The translations under genes were made by a program, and so were the position numbers. DNA of 64,000 bases from Histomonas meleagridis 2922-C6/04-290x (taxonomy: Eukaryota; Protista; Parabasalia), in assembly GCA_020184695.1 (NCBI GenBank), contig JAANOX010000277.1:65879-129878 (forward strand), read 5' to 3'. The notes beneath the pieces are model-generated. The model saw only the letters and a program-made list of their open reading frames with translations, was not told where the DNA came from and did no database searches. Below are positions 52,478-64,000 of this stretch, in pieces. Each line of letters opens with the position of its first letter. Position 1 is the stretch's first letter.

Positions 52478-53404
52478 TTAATTAATATGTTGAAACCTAA
52501 TTAAATTCCAAAGATCATCAAAATAATTAACCAAATTTTTTCGAAAACACCACTCATGAATGTGTAATTGATATGAATCTCGATTTGTGATATTCTTTGA
52601 TCGAAGCCATTGTTTAAGATGGTGCCAAACGCACTCAATCATTTGTGTATGAACATGAGTATCTGGATGAACAAAATTGTATTTATGATTTACTGTATAA
52701 TGAAAAAAGCCTTGCTCATTGAGGTTTCTATAAGCTGCCCATTGATCTGTGTGTATATGTGTATTAATTTCTACATATTTTTCAATAATCGGAAATAATG
52801 TATTCGCATTGCTTTTCTCAACTAAATCGATAGATACTCGACCTGTTACAGAATCTATTCCTCCAAAGAACCACATCTGTGATAAACTTAAATTTCTTCC
52901 CACATTATATTTGGCCTTGGTAATCATTGTTTCATCTATCTGAACATTGCCCCAAAGGCCACCTAGTGGGTTATGAGTTAAATCATTATAATATGCAATT
53001 TCAGATAAATTTCGAAATCTTTTAAAATAATAATGAATAGTATCAATTTCAGGCAAAGATGGTCTATCCATCTTTGCCATTGATGGCGTCATATCGAGCG
53101 CCCAAGAAGCATATAATGAAATAGCTGTTCTTAAATCAAATTTGGAATTTTCAAGAATTGTTTTTGATCTTATCGATGATTTGTGCCAATGGATACCTTT
53201 ACACATGAATATGGCACCATCTGGATAAGATTTGCCGTAACGACGATTAGTTTCAGATCCACAAATTGAGCTAATATAATGTTCATTAATATTAAGTATA
53301 AATCGATTGTTTGAAAGCCATTGAATAAACTCTTCATTTGATAGTGTAAATATTTTATAAATATCTTCCATAGTGTTAATTTTGTTGGGAGAATTTCTCA
53401 TCAT
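52478..53404 (-). mobile_element. Merlin/IS1595 (ISXO2-like) DDE transposase, intact ORF
   Basis: VQIDET (D), WFFGGID, IHTDQWAAY (D), VNH...FV, HTQMIECVW (E). No TIR/TSD found by eye. Confidence 0.88.
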
Positions 53405-54356
53405 GTTGAGATTGCAATTTGAATCAAAATATTTTCACTGAAAAAGTTGTCACACTTTGAATAATCATTCAATAATTTCTACTTTTTCAAGATTATTAGA
53501 AAATTTGTGTTGATCTGAAAACGATTGTTTTTTTTTTTGATCTCAAATATTGAATAATATCTCAAAAAGCATTTTTTATGACATATTCAATCCATTATAA
53601 CCCAGTTCGACCGAAATATCTTGGGACAAACGATACATTTTTTTCTGAAAAAACGATTATTGATCATTGAATTTATTTGTTGATTTTTTTTTAATTTTTG
53701 TATATAAGCAAAATGTTTTATTTTATCGAATAAATATCGATACGAATGCAATTTGCACATTATCTTGAAATACTGATTTGAAATACGTATCGATTTTGTT
53801 TATCTCATATTCCTCATTTCGAATTTTGTATTTTTGATTCATGTCTTTAATTCAGATTTCAAATATTTTATAATCGGCAACAGAAATTATTTGTAGTCCA
53901 TATAGAATGATCAATTTTACATATTCTTTCAGAATAAATCAATATCCCCTCATTGACGATATCGTTTTCGGAAACGATGTAAGATAATTGTGTGATTTTT
54001 ATTCGTCCTACTATTCAAATTTGACTATAACCCCTCGGTTCTTGAACTATATATGAATTAATTGAAGATGAACACACTTATTTTAACCTGGGATTTGCTT
54101 ATAATCTTTTTTAATTATATATTTATTCAATTATACCAAGTTTTTTATAAATAGCTTTCATATATGTATTTTTTATTATCTTTTTATTTCTCCTTGAATT
54201 ATTATAAACACCTCAGAGATACTTGTTTTGTTTAAGCAATAAAATGTTGGTTTCACAAACTAAATTTTTTGGTGCATCAATAATATTCAATTTTACCAGG
54301 TAAATCAGTGCACTTATTGTTTAAGTCATTGATAATTCTTTAAAGAATTTATAAAA

Positions 54357-54607
54357 TTAAATTTTATATTCTTGAAATAATTTGTAAATATCATTTTTTC
54401 TCTTTGAAGAAGCAAGCATAAGCGCTGTTTCAAATAAATCAAATAATTTCCAAATATTATTTTAAAATATCACATTATTTAAATTTATTTTATCTTTAGC
54501 ATTAATATCAATTCCTTCTTGTTCAAGAAGTAATTTAACTATTTCTGTATGACCTTTTTCAGATGCCCAAATAAGAAGTGCTGTTTCAAATATTTTATAT
54601 AATTTCC
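54357..54607 (-). pseudogene. Orphan ankyrin fragment with one 63-nt spacer
   Basis: Cassette 54584-54492, spacer 54429-54491 with an in-frame TAA, and a terminal cassette. No upstream DUF3447 region. Confidence 0.75.
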
Positions 54608-54977
54608 TTAGCATGGCCAACATAATATAGTTGATCAGAAATAAAGGATTTTTTTATTTTGGTTACTAAGGAAATATTTGGAAAAACTGACAAGAAAAAT
54701 TTCATTTGAAGATTTATTCAAAAGAAAGCAAAATCAAAAGCTTAACGAAAATAATATAAATTATAAATTGATTTTGACTTCCTTTGATAGAAGTTGTATT
54801 GAAGTTTATGTTTTTAAATATTTTATTATATAAGTGACATGATTAACTTTTTCACAACAGTTCGACCAATTCATATTTTTGTAAACAAAAAGTGCAGCTC
54901 CTTTAAACGTATTTTTCCGAAAGAAAAATAAACCATTGAAACATATCCGAGTAAAGCCATTCAATTTTAAAAACTAA

Positions 54978-56354
54978 ATGTCCATCTCCAGCGATGAAAT
55001 CAACTTTTTAATCCAACGATATTTCTATGAATGTGGCTTCGAACATTCTCTTTACACCTTTAATGCAGAATCTACAACAGACTTATCAAATATGAACGGA
55101 TCTCAAATCCCGCCAGGTGCACTTATTACACTACTTCAAAAAGGGCTTCTTTACATTCAACTTGAGAAAGAAATCCAATCACAGCACAAAGGTGGAGCAG
55201 CTTATAATGCTCAATTAACTTTACTTGATGCAGCACTTCGTGAAGGATCTGTTCTCCCAAGGAAACCAGAAGCACCTTCACACGATTCACATGATTCTGT
55301 TTCCATTCATCTTGATCATTCAAACTCAATTCTTCTTGCTGAACATACCAAAGATGCCTTATGTTGTTCTTGGTCTTTCGACAGCAAATTCTTAGCCACC
55401 GGATCTTCAGATAACACTGCAATCATTTGGGATGTTTCCAATCCAGATTCCATCACCAGTTGTATTCTCCAACATAATTCTTCATCTCCAAGCCAAGTAT
55501 CCTCATTGGACTGGTCTCCTAAGGCTCTTTTCCTTGCTACTGGGTGCTCTGATGGCACTCTTCACATTTGGAATAGCAGTGGCGAAGAACTTAATTCCGT
55601 CAAAAGTAATACTGATCAAGAACTTCAATCTATCCATGTTGTTAAATTTGACCCAAGTGGAGAACGTATTTTGTATGGCAATGATACCTCCATAGGAATT
55701 GTCTCAACTGAATCAGGTGATATCTTATCCACAATTACATGTAAACATAATGCAATTTTAGATGCATCATGGAAGAACGAATCCGTTTATGCTGTTGGTT
55801 GTGATGATGGATTTGTTCTCATCTTCGACCCTGAGGTAAACAACGGGAAAATCCTCGAAATGGCGGGTCATAACGAGACAGTAAACGGTGTCTCGTGGAG
55901 TTTAAACGGCGAATTTTTAGCTTCATGCAGCGACGATAAGACGATACGTCTTTGGAAGGATGGAAACTCTATCGTTCTAAAGGGGCACACCAATCCCGTT
56001 TATGCTGTCAGATGGAATGAAAAAGGAATTCTTGCTTCTGCTTCATTTGATAACACATTGAGAATATGGGACCCACAAAATGGAACTTGTCTGCATACTT
56101 TACAAAGTCATACAATGCAAATTTACGCAATATGTTTTTCACCAGATGGTGAACTTATAGCTTCTGGTAGCGCTGATCAGAGTATTAAGGTATGGAGAGT
56201 GTCAGATGGAAAGCTGTTGTGCACATGTATGGGTACACAAGGAATATTTGATGTGCAAATGGACAAATTAGGAAATTACATTTCTGTTTGTTTTGTTGGA
56301 GGCAATGTAGCTTTAATTCCAACAGCAAACTTGCACCTGGGTGCTAATGAATAA
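54978..56354 (+). CDS. TBL1: TBL1/TBL1XR1 (Ebi)-like LisH plus WD40 protein
   Basis: SDEINFLIQRYFYECGFEHSLYTF, PPGALITLLQKGLLY, multiple WD40 repeats. Confidence 0.9.
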   Translation: MSISSDEINFLIQRYFYECGFEHSLYTFNAESTTDLSNMNGSQIPPGALITLLQKGLLYIQLEKEIQSQHKGGAAYNAQLTLLDAALREGSVLPRKPEAPSHDSHDSVSIHLDHSNSILLAEHTKDALCCSWSFDSKFLATGSSDNTAIIWDVSNPDSITSCILQHNSSSPSQVSSLDWSPKALFLATGCSDGTLHIWNSSGEELNSVKSNTDQELQSIHVVKFDPSGERILYGNDTSIGIVSTESGDILSTITCKHNAILDASWKNESVYAVGCDDGFVLIFDPEVNNGKILEMAGHNETVNGVSWSLNGEFLASCSDDKTIRLWKDGNSIVLKGHTNPVYAVRWNEKGILASASFDNTLRIWDPQNGTCLHTLQSHTMQIYAICFSPDGELIASGSADQSIKVWRVSDGKLLCTCMGTQGIFDVQMDKLGNYISVCFVGGNVALIPTANLHLGANE

Positions 56355-56590
56355 GTATTGTAAAACATACAACAATTTTAAATTTTACATTCACTTTGAA
56401 AATCCATAATTTCATGATATGTAATAACATTTGTTATCCTTTTGAGCGACATTTTTTGTTTTTTAGTTTTTTATCCGAAATTATTTTCCAATTAATTAAT
56501 TAAAATTTTGATGAAAAACACCAAATTAAATGGACCCAAAACAATGACTAATTTTTATGTATAATGAAATTATCGAAAACAATAGTTTAT

Positions 56591-58009
56591 TCATTCGATA
56601 TTGAAGCAATTTCTATACCTCCTCAGCCTATTAGCATGTACTTGTAGTGTTGTATTTAACTTTAACCTTTGTAATCTTAAGTCGCATTGACCAAGAGTTG
56701 ATTGCATGAAAGAAAGTTTTTTGGCAAGTAAATCCGATTCATCAGCCTTTCTTTGTGCCATTATCTGAAGTTCATTTTGGAGTGCTTCGAGTTCCATTTG
56801 GCTACCACCATCTGCAATTTTTGTAATTTCACTCTTCAACTTTTCGATGACTCTTTTCAATTTCAAGATTTTACGCTTTGTCTCACCTAAAGGCATCTTA
56901 TCTAATTCAGCATTCAATTGTGCTATTCTTTTTCTCATTGCTAGTGATGCTTTTTGGTTTTGAAGCTCATAAGTTGATTTAAGTGCATTCGATTCGGCGG
57001 TTTTGATCGTTTTAATCTTTTGATGTTCAGAAATTTCGTCTCGAAGCGTTTGGAGAGCCTCACGTTTCTTTACAAGATCAAGAAGATCAACAATGTTTTC
57101 GGGACTTTCATCTGATGATATTTTAGAATCAGTAATATTGATGATTTTTTGCTTGAGAATTGTAAGCTTGGCTTCTAACTGTTGAACTGAAAGTTCAGCG
57201 TTTGCATCCTTCTGCATTTCATTGACAAGTTCGCTTTGGCGTTGTTTAAGAGATTGAATTGATTCTTGAAGTTGCTTTATGGAATTTTGCGAGCTGAGAA
57301 GTTCGGCATCGAGTGATTTACGCTTGTTAACTTCGTTCTGGTATTGAGCCTTAATTTCTGATTGACGATCTTCAATTTTGAAATTTGTGCGAGAATTAAG
57401 TTCTTCAATCTCTTTTGTTTTAGATTCAATTGTTTGCCGAAGATTCGAAGCTTGAGATTTCAGTTTTTCTAGTTCTTCTTGGAGTGATTTTTCTTTGGAT
57501 AATAATTGAGCCATATTGTCAGAAGGTTGCTGGGCTTGCGGTTGTGCTGGAGCTGGCTTCTTTGCTGGGCTCACAATTTCTTCCAATACTGATTGTATTT
57601 GGTTCTGATAGGATTTATCAAGAGAACGAATTGCAGATATGGTGTTTTTCTTGTTAGGTGCCTTAATTGCATAGTACAATAAAAACTTAAGGAACTTGTA
57701 AAGCTCTCCTTGATCCTTTTTCCGTGCAATTTTAGACATATCAACTGTCATCTCAATTCCATTTTCTTTTAATAAAGGTGATATGCGAGATGCAATTAAC
57801 CTGAGATTCATCAGCATGTTAACCCAGCTATTATCTGCTATTTTTTTTAGTAATTTAGGATCAATTGTGTCATTTGAAACAGAATTATATACCTGGGAAA
57901 TTGCAACTCCATCGAGAAGAACAAATGGATCTTGTAAAAATTCTTTGTTTTCTGGATTAAAAGTTGATATCCAATGGAGAATTGCTTCGATTCTCTCCCA
58001 CTCTGTCAT
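56591..58009 (-). CDS. HOOK-like calponin-homology plus coiled-coil protein
   Basis: ILHWISTF...LLDGVAISQV...SWVNMLMNL, then a long coiled coil. Confidence 0.65.
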   Translation of the reverse strand: MTEWERIEAILHWISTFNPENKEFLQDPFVLLDGVAISQVYNSVSNDTIDPKLLKKIADNSWVNMLMNLRLIASRISPLLKENGIEMTVDMSKIARKKDQGELYKFLKFLLYYAIKAPNKKNTISAIRSLDKSYQNQIQSVLEEIVSPAKKPAPAQPQAQQPSDNMAQLLSKEKSLQEELEKLKSQASNLRQTIESKTKEIEELNSRTNFKIEDRQSEIKAQYQNEVNKRKSLDAELLSSQNSIKQLQESIQSLKQRQSELVNEMQKDANAELSVQQLEAKLTILKQKIINITDSKISSDESPENIVDLLDLVKKREALQTLRDEISEHQKIKTIKTAESNALKSTYELQNQKASLAMRKRIAQLNAELDKMPLGETKRKILKLKRVIEKLKSEITKIADGGSQMELEALQNELQIMAQRKADESDLLAKKLSFMQSTLGQCDLRLQRLKLNTTLQVHANRLRRYRNCFNIE

Positions 58010-58324
58010 TATGAAATGTTATGTGAAAAGTTTTTATTTTTATCAAAAAACTAATTAAATGACAATTTAATGAAATTATGAAGTTTGGTATTATAACTTA
58101 CGTGACAATGAAGTATGTTGGATAAAATTTGACTGTGAATACCTAAAACAAATGATGGTATAGATTGTCATACAATGCTTCAGTAATAAAAAAATTCTAA
58201 AAGGTGAATAAATAGTGATAAAAATACTATGTCAAATTTTAAAAGATGTGAAGATGAAAGGGATAATATAATGAAGCTTTTGGATCAATCATACATGCAT
58301 CACTTTTGTGTTAATGAACAATTA

Positions 58325-58545
58325 GTCGAAAAAATCAAGAATAAATAAAGAATGAACAAATAAATGCATTAATGACTGAATAAAGAATGAACAAATGAAT
58401 AAGGAATAAATGAACAATTGAATGAATTAATGAATGAATAAAGAACTAATGAATGACTTAATTAATGAATAAATGAATAAAGAATAAATGAACTAATTAA
58501 AATGAATCAATAAAAAAAGAATAAACTAATAAATTAATGAATTAT
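58325..58545. repeat. Low-complexity AATG/AATA-based tandem repeat
   Basis: Repeated aatgaataaa/aatgaacaaa units. Confidence 0.8.
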
Positions 58546-58610
58546 AATTATAAATCTACAAATTTGTTGAAAATGTATTTTAATTTTATATAACATTTTA
58601 TTTACAGCAA

Positions 58611-59268
58611 TCAGGTTCCAATCTCGTTATTAAGCATTTGATCAAGCAAAGCTTTATATGCTTCAGCTTTCTTTACAGCCGCATCCTTCCGTGCCTTCTT
58701 CTCCTTCAGGAACTTGGCTTTGCGTGCGAGGCGGCGCGGTGTGATTAAGCGTTGGATTATTTGTTGCGTGAATTTGCCTGGCTTAACTTCTCTGCGAAGA
58801 ACAAGTTTAGTGACGTCAGCCTTTTTATCAGCGTAAAAGATTGCTCTGATCCTTGTTGCACGCTTTGGACCTTAACGAAGCGGAACTATTTTATGTAAGT
58901 CCTTCGATTTCAGCATCTCCTTTCTTGAGAACAATAAGATGAAGAGCTGATATTTCAGATGAAATAACGCAGCCACCAACTGCCTTTTTCTTGCGTTCGC
59001 CATCCTTTCGTGGACGATAGCATGATGTGCCAGCACGAAGAAGAAGACGAACACGACGTGGAGTAAGAACGCCTTGCTTCATTGGGAAACCTTGTTTATC
59101 AAATCCGCCGCCAAGACGGAAAAGATAACCTGCAAATTGTTGACTAAGGATAGAACCATCAATATCTTGACCTAGACGATGATCATAAAGACAATTAAGA
59201 TTTACTGGATCTTCGAAATCAATGCAAATTTGCGTTCCATGATCTGGATAAGCTAAAGTAAGTCTCAT
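58611..59268 (-). pseudogene. RPS6: 40S ribosomal protein eS6, disabled (or assembly error)
   Basis: GGFDKQGFPMKQGVL...GCVIS. After GLT there is a 2-nt deletion (about 58891-58893) and a TAA at 58872-58874 in VPLR-x-GPKRA. The C-terminus then continues to TGA at 58611-58613. Confidence 0.88.
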
Positions 59269-59553
59269 CTGATCAGCAAAACCAAGGATCAATTTGTAAA
59301 TATATTTATTTTATGTGAAACTTGCATCATGACTACAATACCTTTTTATTCATTATTGTAATACACTAATAAATTATTTTTTTAATACAAATAAAAATCT
59401 TTTAAGGTATTAATGATTATTTAATATTTGTTTATTGAATTTTTGCAAAATGTTGATTTTTTAATTTTCATTTGAGCCTTATTTTTGATGAAACAAAAAA
59501 ATGCGTTGTGTATTAGGCATTTTATTCTTGGGTAATAATATGTTTATTAAAAT

Positions 59554-59931
59554 TTATTGAAGATTTTTTGCGAGTTGAGGTAATACAGACTTAGGTTCTT
59601 TTCCCTGAAAGCGTGCTTCTAGCGCTTCCTCTCCTTGTTGGAGTATGTCTGAATTAACTTCTTCATTCAGAACAGAAATAACATTTTTTAATCCAAGTGA
59701 TTCTAAGTAACTTGCCGCAGCTGCAAGTGCCATTGGAATGTTTGGGTTGTCTGGAAGTGTTCTATGAAATTTTTCGAATGCAGAATTTGTTTCATCATTC
59801 ATAAGTTCCTGTGTGCACAAAAGAACAGCTGCTCTCATTTTGTCTCTTACTTTTTGATATTCAGGATCTTTTTCCAATTCTTTAGAAAGTATAGCTAAAT
59901 CTTCTTGTGATAATCCTAGTTCGAGCGACAT
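59554..59931 (-). CDS. Small LisH/FOP-dimerisation-like protein
   Basis: KMRAAVLL and ASYLESLGLKNVISVLNEE resemble the FOP/CEP43 N-terminus. Likely start MSLELG. Confidence 0.45.
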   Translation of the reverse strand: MSLELGLSQEDLAILSKELEKDPEYQKVRDKMRAAVLLCTQELMNDETNSAFEKFHRTLPDNPNIPMALAAAASYLESLGLKNVISVLNEEVNSDILQQGEEALEARFQGKEPKSVLPQLAKNLQ

Positions 59932-60400
59932 TTTGTAAACGATTTGTTGTATCGTTTTTTCGGGCACCCCAATCAAAAAAATTTTTGGGGACAAGAATAT
60001 TGTATATACAAGTGCATTTATTGTTGCTCTTGTTATGTTTATCAGAACTAATAATTCTTTTTTAACCTGATTTTAATTTAATCATGAAATTTCTAAAATT
60101 TCATTGAATACGTGTATCTTCGAACTAAAGATTGATCTTCAAGGAAAAGATTGTGAAAAAGAATCTATGTAATTGTTCGTTATCCAATTCATAATTTTCA
60201 TATCTGTTTTTTTTGTTGAAAAAACCATATCATCAAACGATTATTATTTATTCAATTCGATTTTTTTCTATAGTTTATATATGATTGGATAATTATTTTG
60301 AAAACAACACGGTTTCATAGAAAAAAATATCTCAAATGTTATCGGGCCACAACATTCAACCGTTTTACTATCGAACCGTTAAAATTGGCTAATTGTTCAA

Positions 60401-61755
60401 ATGACAACAGCATTAGCGAAGCAGCATCAAAAGATCCTCAGAATGCTCATGAGGAGTCCTAGCAACAAAAAGTGTGCTGACTGTGGAGAGCAGTGCGCTG
60501 TTAACGTTGATACCACTCATGGAATTTTTGTATGTACAAATTGCAGTGGAATTCATCGTGAGTTTGGAGACCGAATTAAAAGCGTTTCGATGGCAGCTTT
60601 TACGCAAGATGAAATTAGCCTTCTTCAAAAGCAAACTAACGAAGACTTCAATAAAATTTGGATGGCTAAGTGGAAGCCTGAGGATTGTCCACTTCCTCTT
60701 AACGCAGATGACAACAGACGTCGTGCATTTTTAACTGCTAAGTATCAAGAAAAGAGATGGTATTCAAAGCGAGCTGCAAGCCAACAAAATAGTTCTCAAC
60801 AGCAACAGCAATCACAAGGACATTCAGGAAGGCATCAAGGAGGTTTCCAGCAACAACAAAATCAAGGAGATTTCAATGGCGGATTTTCAAATCAAAATCA
60901 ACAACCACAACAACAACAAAATCAATCAGGTGGATGGTCACCATTTGGAAATCAACAACAACAACAGCCACAACAGCAACAACAAGGTGGAGGTGGTGAT
61001 TTACTCGATTTTGATTTCGGACCACCAACTCCTGCTCAAGAAAAAGCACAACAACAACAGTCACAACACCAAAGCCTTCTTGATCTTATTGGTCTCATGG
61101 ATGAACCTCAACAACCAAATCCAATATGCGCCAACAAGGATTTGGTAACCAAGGAGGATTTGGAAACCAAGGGTTCGGCAATCAGAACCAAGGATTCGGT
61201 AACCAGGGAGGATTTGGTGGCCAAAATCAAGGATTTGGTCAGCAACCAAATCAGGGATTCGGAAACCAGAATCAAGGATTTGGTCAGCCAAACCAAGGAT
61301 ATGGAAACCAGAACCAGGGATTTGGTAACCAGGGAGGATTTGGTGGCCAGAATCAAGGATATAACCAACAACAGAACAGAGGATTCGGTAACCAAGGAGG
61401 ATTCGGTCAACAACAGAACCAAGGATTCGGCGGTCAGAACCAGGGATTTGGTAATCAGAACCAAGGATTTGGACAACCAAATAATCAAGGATTTGGTAAC
61501 CAAAATCAAGGGTTCGGGCAGAACCAGGGATTCGGTAATCAGAACCAAGGATTTGGACAACCCAGAAATCAAGGATTTGGTAATCAGAATCAAGGATTTG
61601 GACAAAACCAAAACCAAGGATTTGGACAACCATCAAACCAAGGATTTGGTAATCAAAATCAAGGATTTGGACAACCATCAAATCAAGGATTTGGTAACCA
61701 AAACCAAAATCGCCAGCAGCCACAGAACAATGACTTCTTTGGTCTTGGCTTCTAG
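60401..61755 (+). CDS. ArfGAP with FG repeats (AGFG/Hrb-like), 1-nt frameshift near 61122
   Basis: CADC...CTNCSGIHR ArfGAP finger and a Q-rich linker. The GFGNQ tail (61126..61755) lies in the -1 frame; one extra A at ccaatatg would fuse the two. Confidence 0.8.
61135..61700 (+). repeat. Coding tandem repeat encoding NQGFG units
   Basis: More than 25 caaggattt/cgg units. Confidence 0.9.
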
Positions 61756-63189
61756 TTATTAGAGGGACCTAAACCAAAATGAACTAATTTTTAGCAGTGC
61801 ATTTGGTCTGCTAACTTTTCAATGAGAGACACACAATTTATAACGGTTGGATATTCTTTGATTTACAATGGAAAGTGTGATTTTATTTCAATTTTCTGAA
61901 CTTATTTGGCTGTGCATGTGCTTGGTTTTCGGTTGCTAACTTTTTCAATGAAAAAACGCGTTTTGTTTCCTTCTTCTTCATCTTCAATATGTTTTATTTC
62001 TTGATAATATTTCAAAAGACAATTCGAAATGATTTTTGCGTGCTAATTTGCAATTTTAGCCATTACAAAGAAAATGAAATTTTAAAAATTTACATATGTG
62101 ACAAAAGAATTATAATGCCCCTTCCAATCATGCAAATACTTTGGTTACAAACAATATTATTTTCTTTGATAATTCTTTGAAAGACTTTATCTTGAAGAAA
62201 AACAAATTAACTTCTGTTCACCAAACATTTCTATTTTCTTTTTTTTTTAAGACTTTTTACAATTTTTATTGCAATTTAAACTTTAGTTCACAAAAGATGT
62301 TTTATAATTTTGAACAAACAACCAAATATTTTTCTTTCTTTTCACATTTGCTAATTATTTTTAATTCTTTAATAACATTTTCCAATTTATGTTCTTGTGT
62401 AAATTTATTGATTTATATATTTTTATTAAAATGTTTTGTTTACAAGAAAAAGCGGATGTTAAATTTATGTTATTTATTTTCTCGCATTCGAAACAAACTT
62501 TAGATGAACATTAAACAGAAGATAATTTTGTTCACACATATAATGTAAAAGTATTTATTGAATAAAGCTTAAAATTATTTTTGTTGTTTCTTAAATTTGA
62601 AAACATTTGTATTTAGCTAAGCAAAAGCAAATCAATCGTTAAATTTACCTTGAGTTGAGATTCAATAATACTTTTGATAAAGAATGTTTTATTGATAAAA
62701 TAATTGCATTTAAATACTTGAAATTGTTTCATCCAGTTTTGTCATTAATAAAGGCTTATATATTCGAAATTGTGATAAATAGTGTCAGTTGGCTTTCTCA
62801 ATGAACTGCTGTTCCAAAAGCTTTGAGTTTTGATCATTTCATATTGGTGATTATCGTAGTGGACTCTGGTCAGTTAAATGCCAAAAGAAACAAATCATAA
62901 TTTTCCACACTTAAATGAATTGGAACTTTCAAAAGAATGATCAAGAACTTCATACATATATATCACATTCTGCTACATGATATCTTCTCCATATGAAATT
63001 TAAAAAGCAATAAAAATGTGGAACAGAAAGACTTTTACCAAGAATTTGGGAAAATGTCAAAACGAGTCAAGAAAACTCATCAGTACGAAAAGGAATTAAT
63101 GATAATGAAACAAAATATTTCAACTTTTAATAATTTAATGTGATAAAATATTTAAAAATAATAATATTATTAATAAATCAGTTTATTTA

Positions 63190-64000
63190 AAACATAAATT
63201 TAAAAATCATCTGAAACATCTTCTGCGACATCATCAGGAATTTCATTATCATTTTCATTATTTTTATTAATATTTTTATTCACGTTATAATCCAGCCATT
63301 TCATAAATTTCTTGAATTGTTTCTATTTCGATATAATTTTCGACATTTATATTATTTGAATTGGGTCATGTTTCGATATATGAAATTGCGTTTTGAGGTT
63401 TTCAATACCAATTAATTTGAGAATGAAATCTCGTATAAATTATTTTGTGATTAGATTCAAATTTATTAGCAAATTCGATTATGACAGTTTGTAGTAGTTT
63501 AAGTGATTTAGTATAATCTGCCATTTGTTTGAGATCATTTTATTCGAAATTTTGTAAGGAATTTGCAGATTTTATTATACGAATGAGTGCGACGATAAAA
63601 ATCAATACAAATTCCGAAAAGTGGACTTCTATCGTTTTCGCATTGTTTCGAAAGATATTTAACTGAAATTTTCTTTTAAATTTCATTTCGATTAATACTT
63701 AAAGCGACGAATAATTTTATCATTATCCTTAGAATCAATAATGTTTTGAATTGCCGCTTTATAATCTTGTAAATAAATATAAATTTTAGCAGCTTCTAAA
63801 TACGAATTTTGTTGATTTAAAAGTTTTGCAGATTGAACAATAATATTTTTATCATCATGAAAGACTATTCGAAATGATTATAATTCAATACAATCATTAG
63901 GTAATTGGATATTATATTTTGCGCATGATTTTATACGAAAGTATCTCATTTGAGTATATATAAAATATCGAAGAAAGTTGATGTTACCAATATCATAAAG
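63190..64000 (-). pseudogene. Degenerate coding remnant
   Basis: Protein-like stretches (YLEAAKIYIYLQDYKAAI; acidic C-terminus) broken by many stops. Confidence 0.3.

Noticed and set aside
61061-61723. Long antisense ORFs over the NQGFG repeat
   Set aside because: They are a by-product of repeat periodicity and have no independent features.
61989-62503. Hydrophobic ORFs in the distal AT-rich region
   Set aside because: T-rich low-complexity sequence with no coding signature.

Overview
AT-rich, gene-dense, nearly intron-free eukaryotic DNA in the standard genetic code. It is most consistent with a parabasalid protist (Trichomonas/Tritrichomonas/Histomonas-like), an inference from DUF3447-type ankyrin genes, a 23-nt GT-AG intron and CCTTT/Inr-like core promoters. 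It carries housekeeping genes (eS1/RPS3A, eS8/RPS8, eIF5B, TBL1-like, USP, AIR9-like, TTC25-like, U2AF35-like, carrier protein, PP2C, ArfGAP). It also holds a decayed MULE transposon with a 9-bp TSD, a Merlin/IS1595-type transposase, two small bacterial-type SH3-like ORFs and several pseudogenes. The standout feature is four DUF3447-ankyrin genes plus one fragment. In these, every canonical ankyrin repeat is separated from the next by an AT-rich spacer at exactly the same codon position (after ...INAK[D/N], before T-A-L). I measured 29 spacers by hand and 17 are exactly 80 nt. They contain stops, shift the frame and have no AG acceptor, yet in two genes every ankyrin cassette is stop-free and a whole number of codons. 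This suggests an unrecognised non-canonical intron/excision (or cassette) system. RNA evidence is needed to confirm it.
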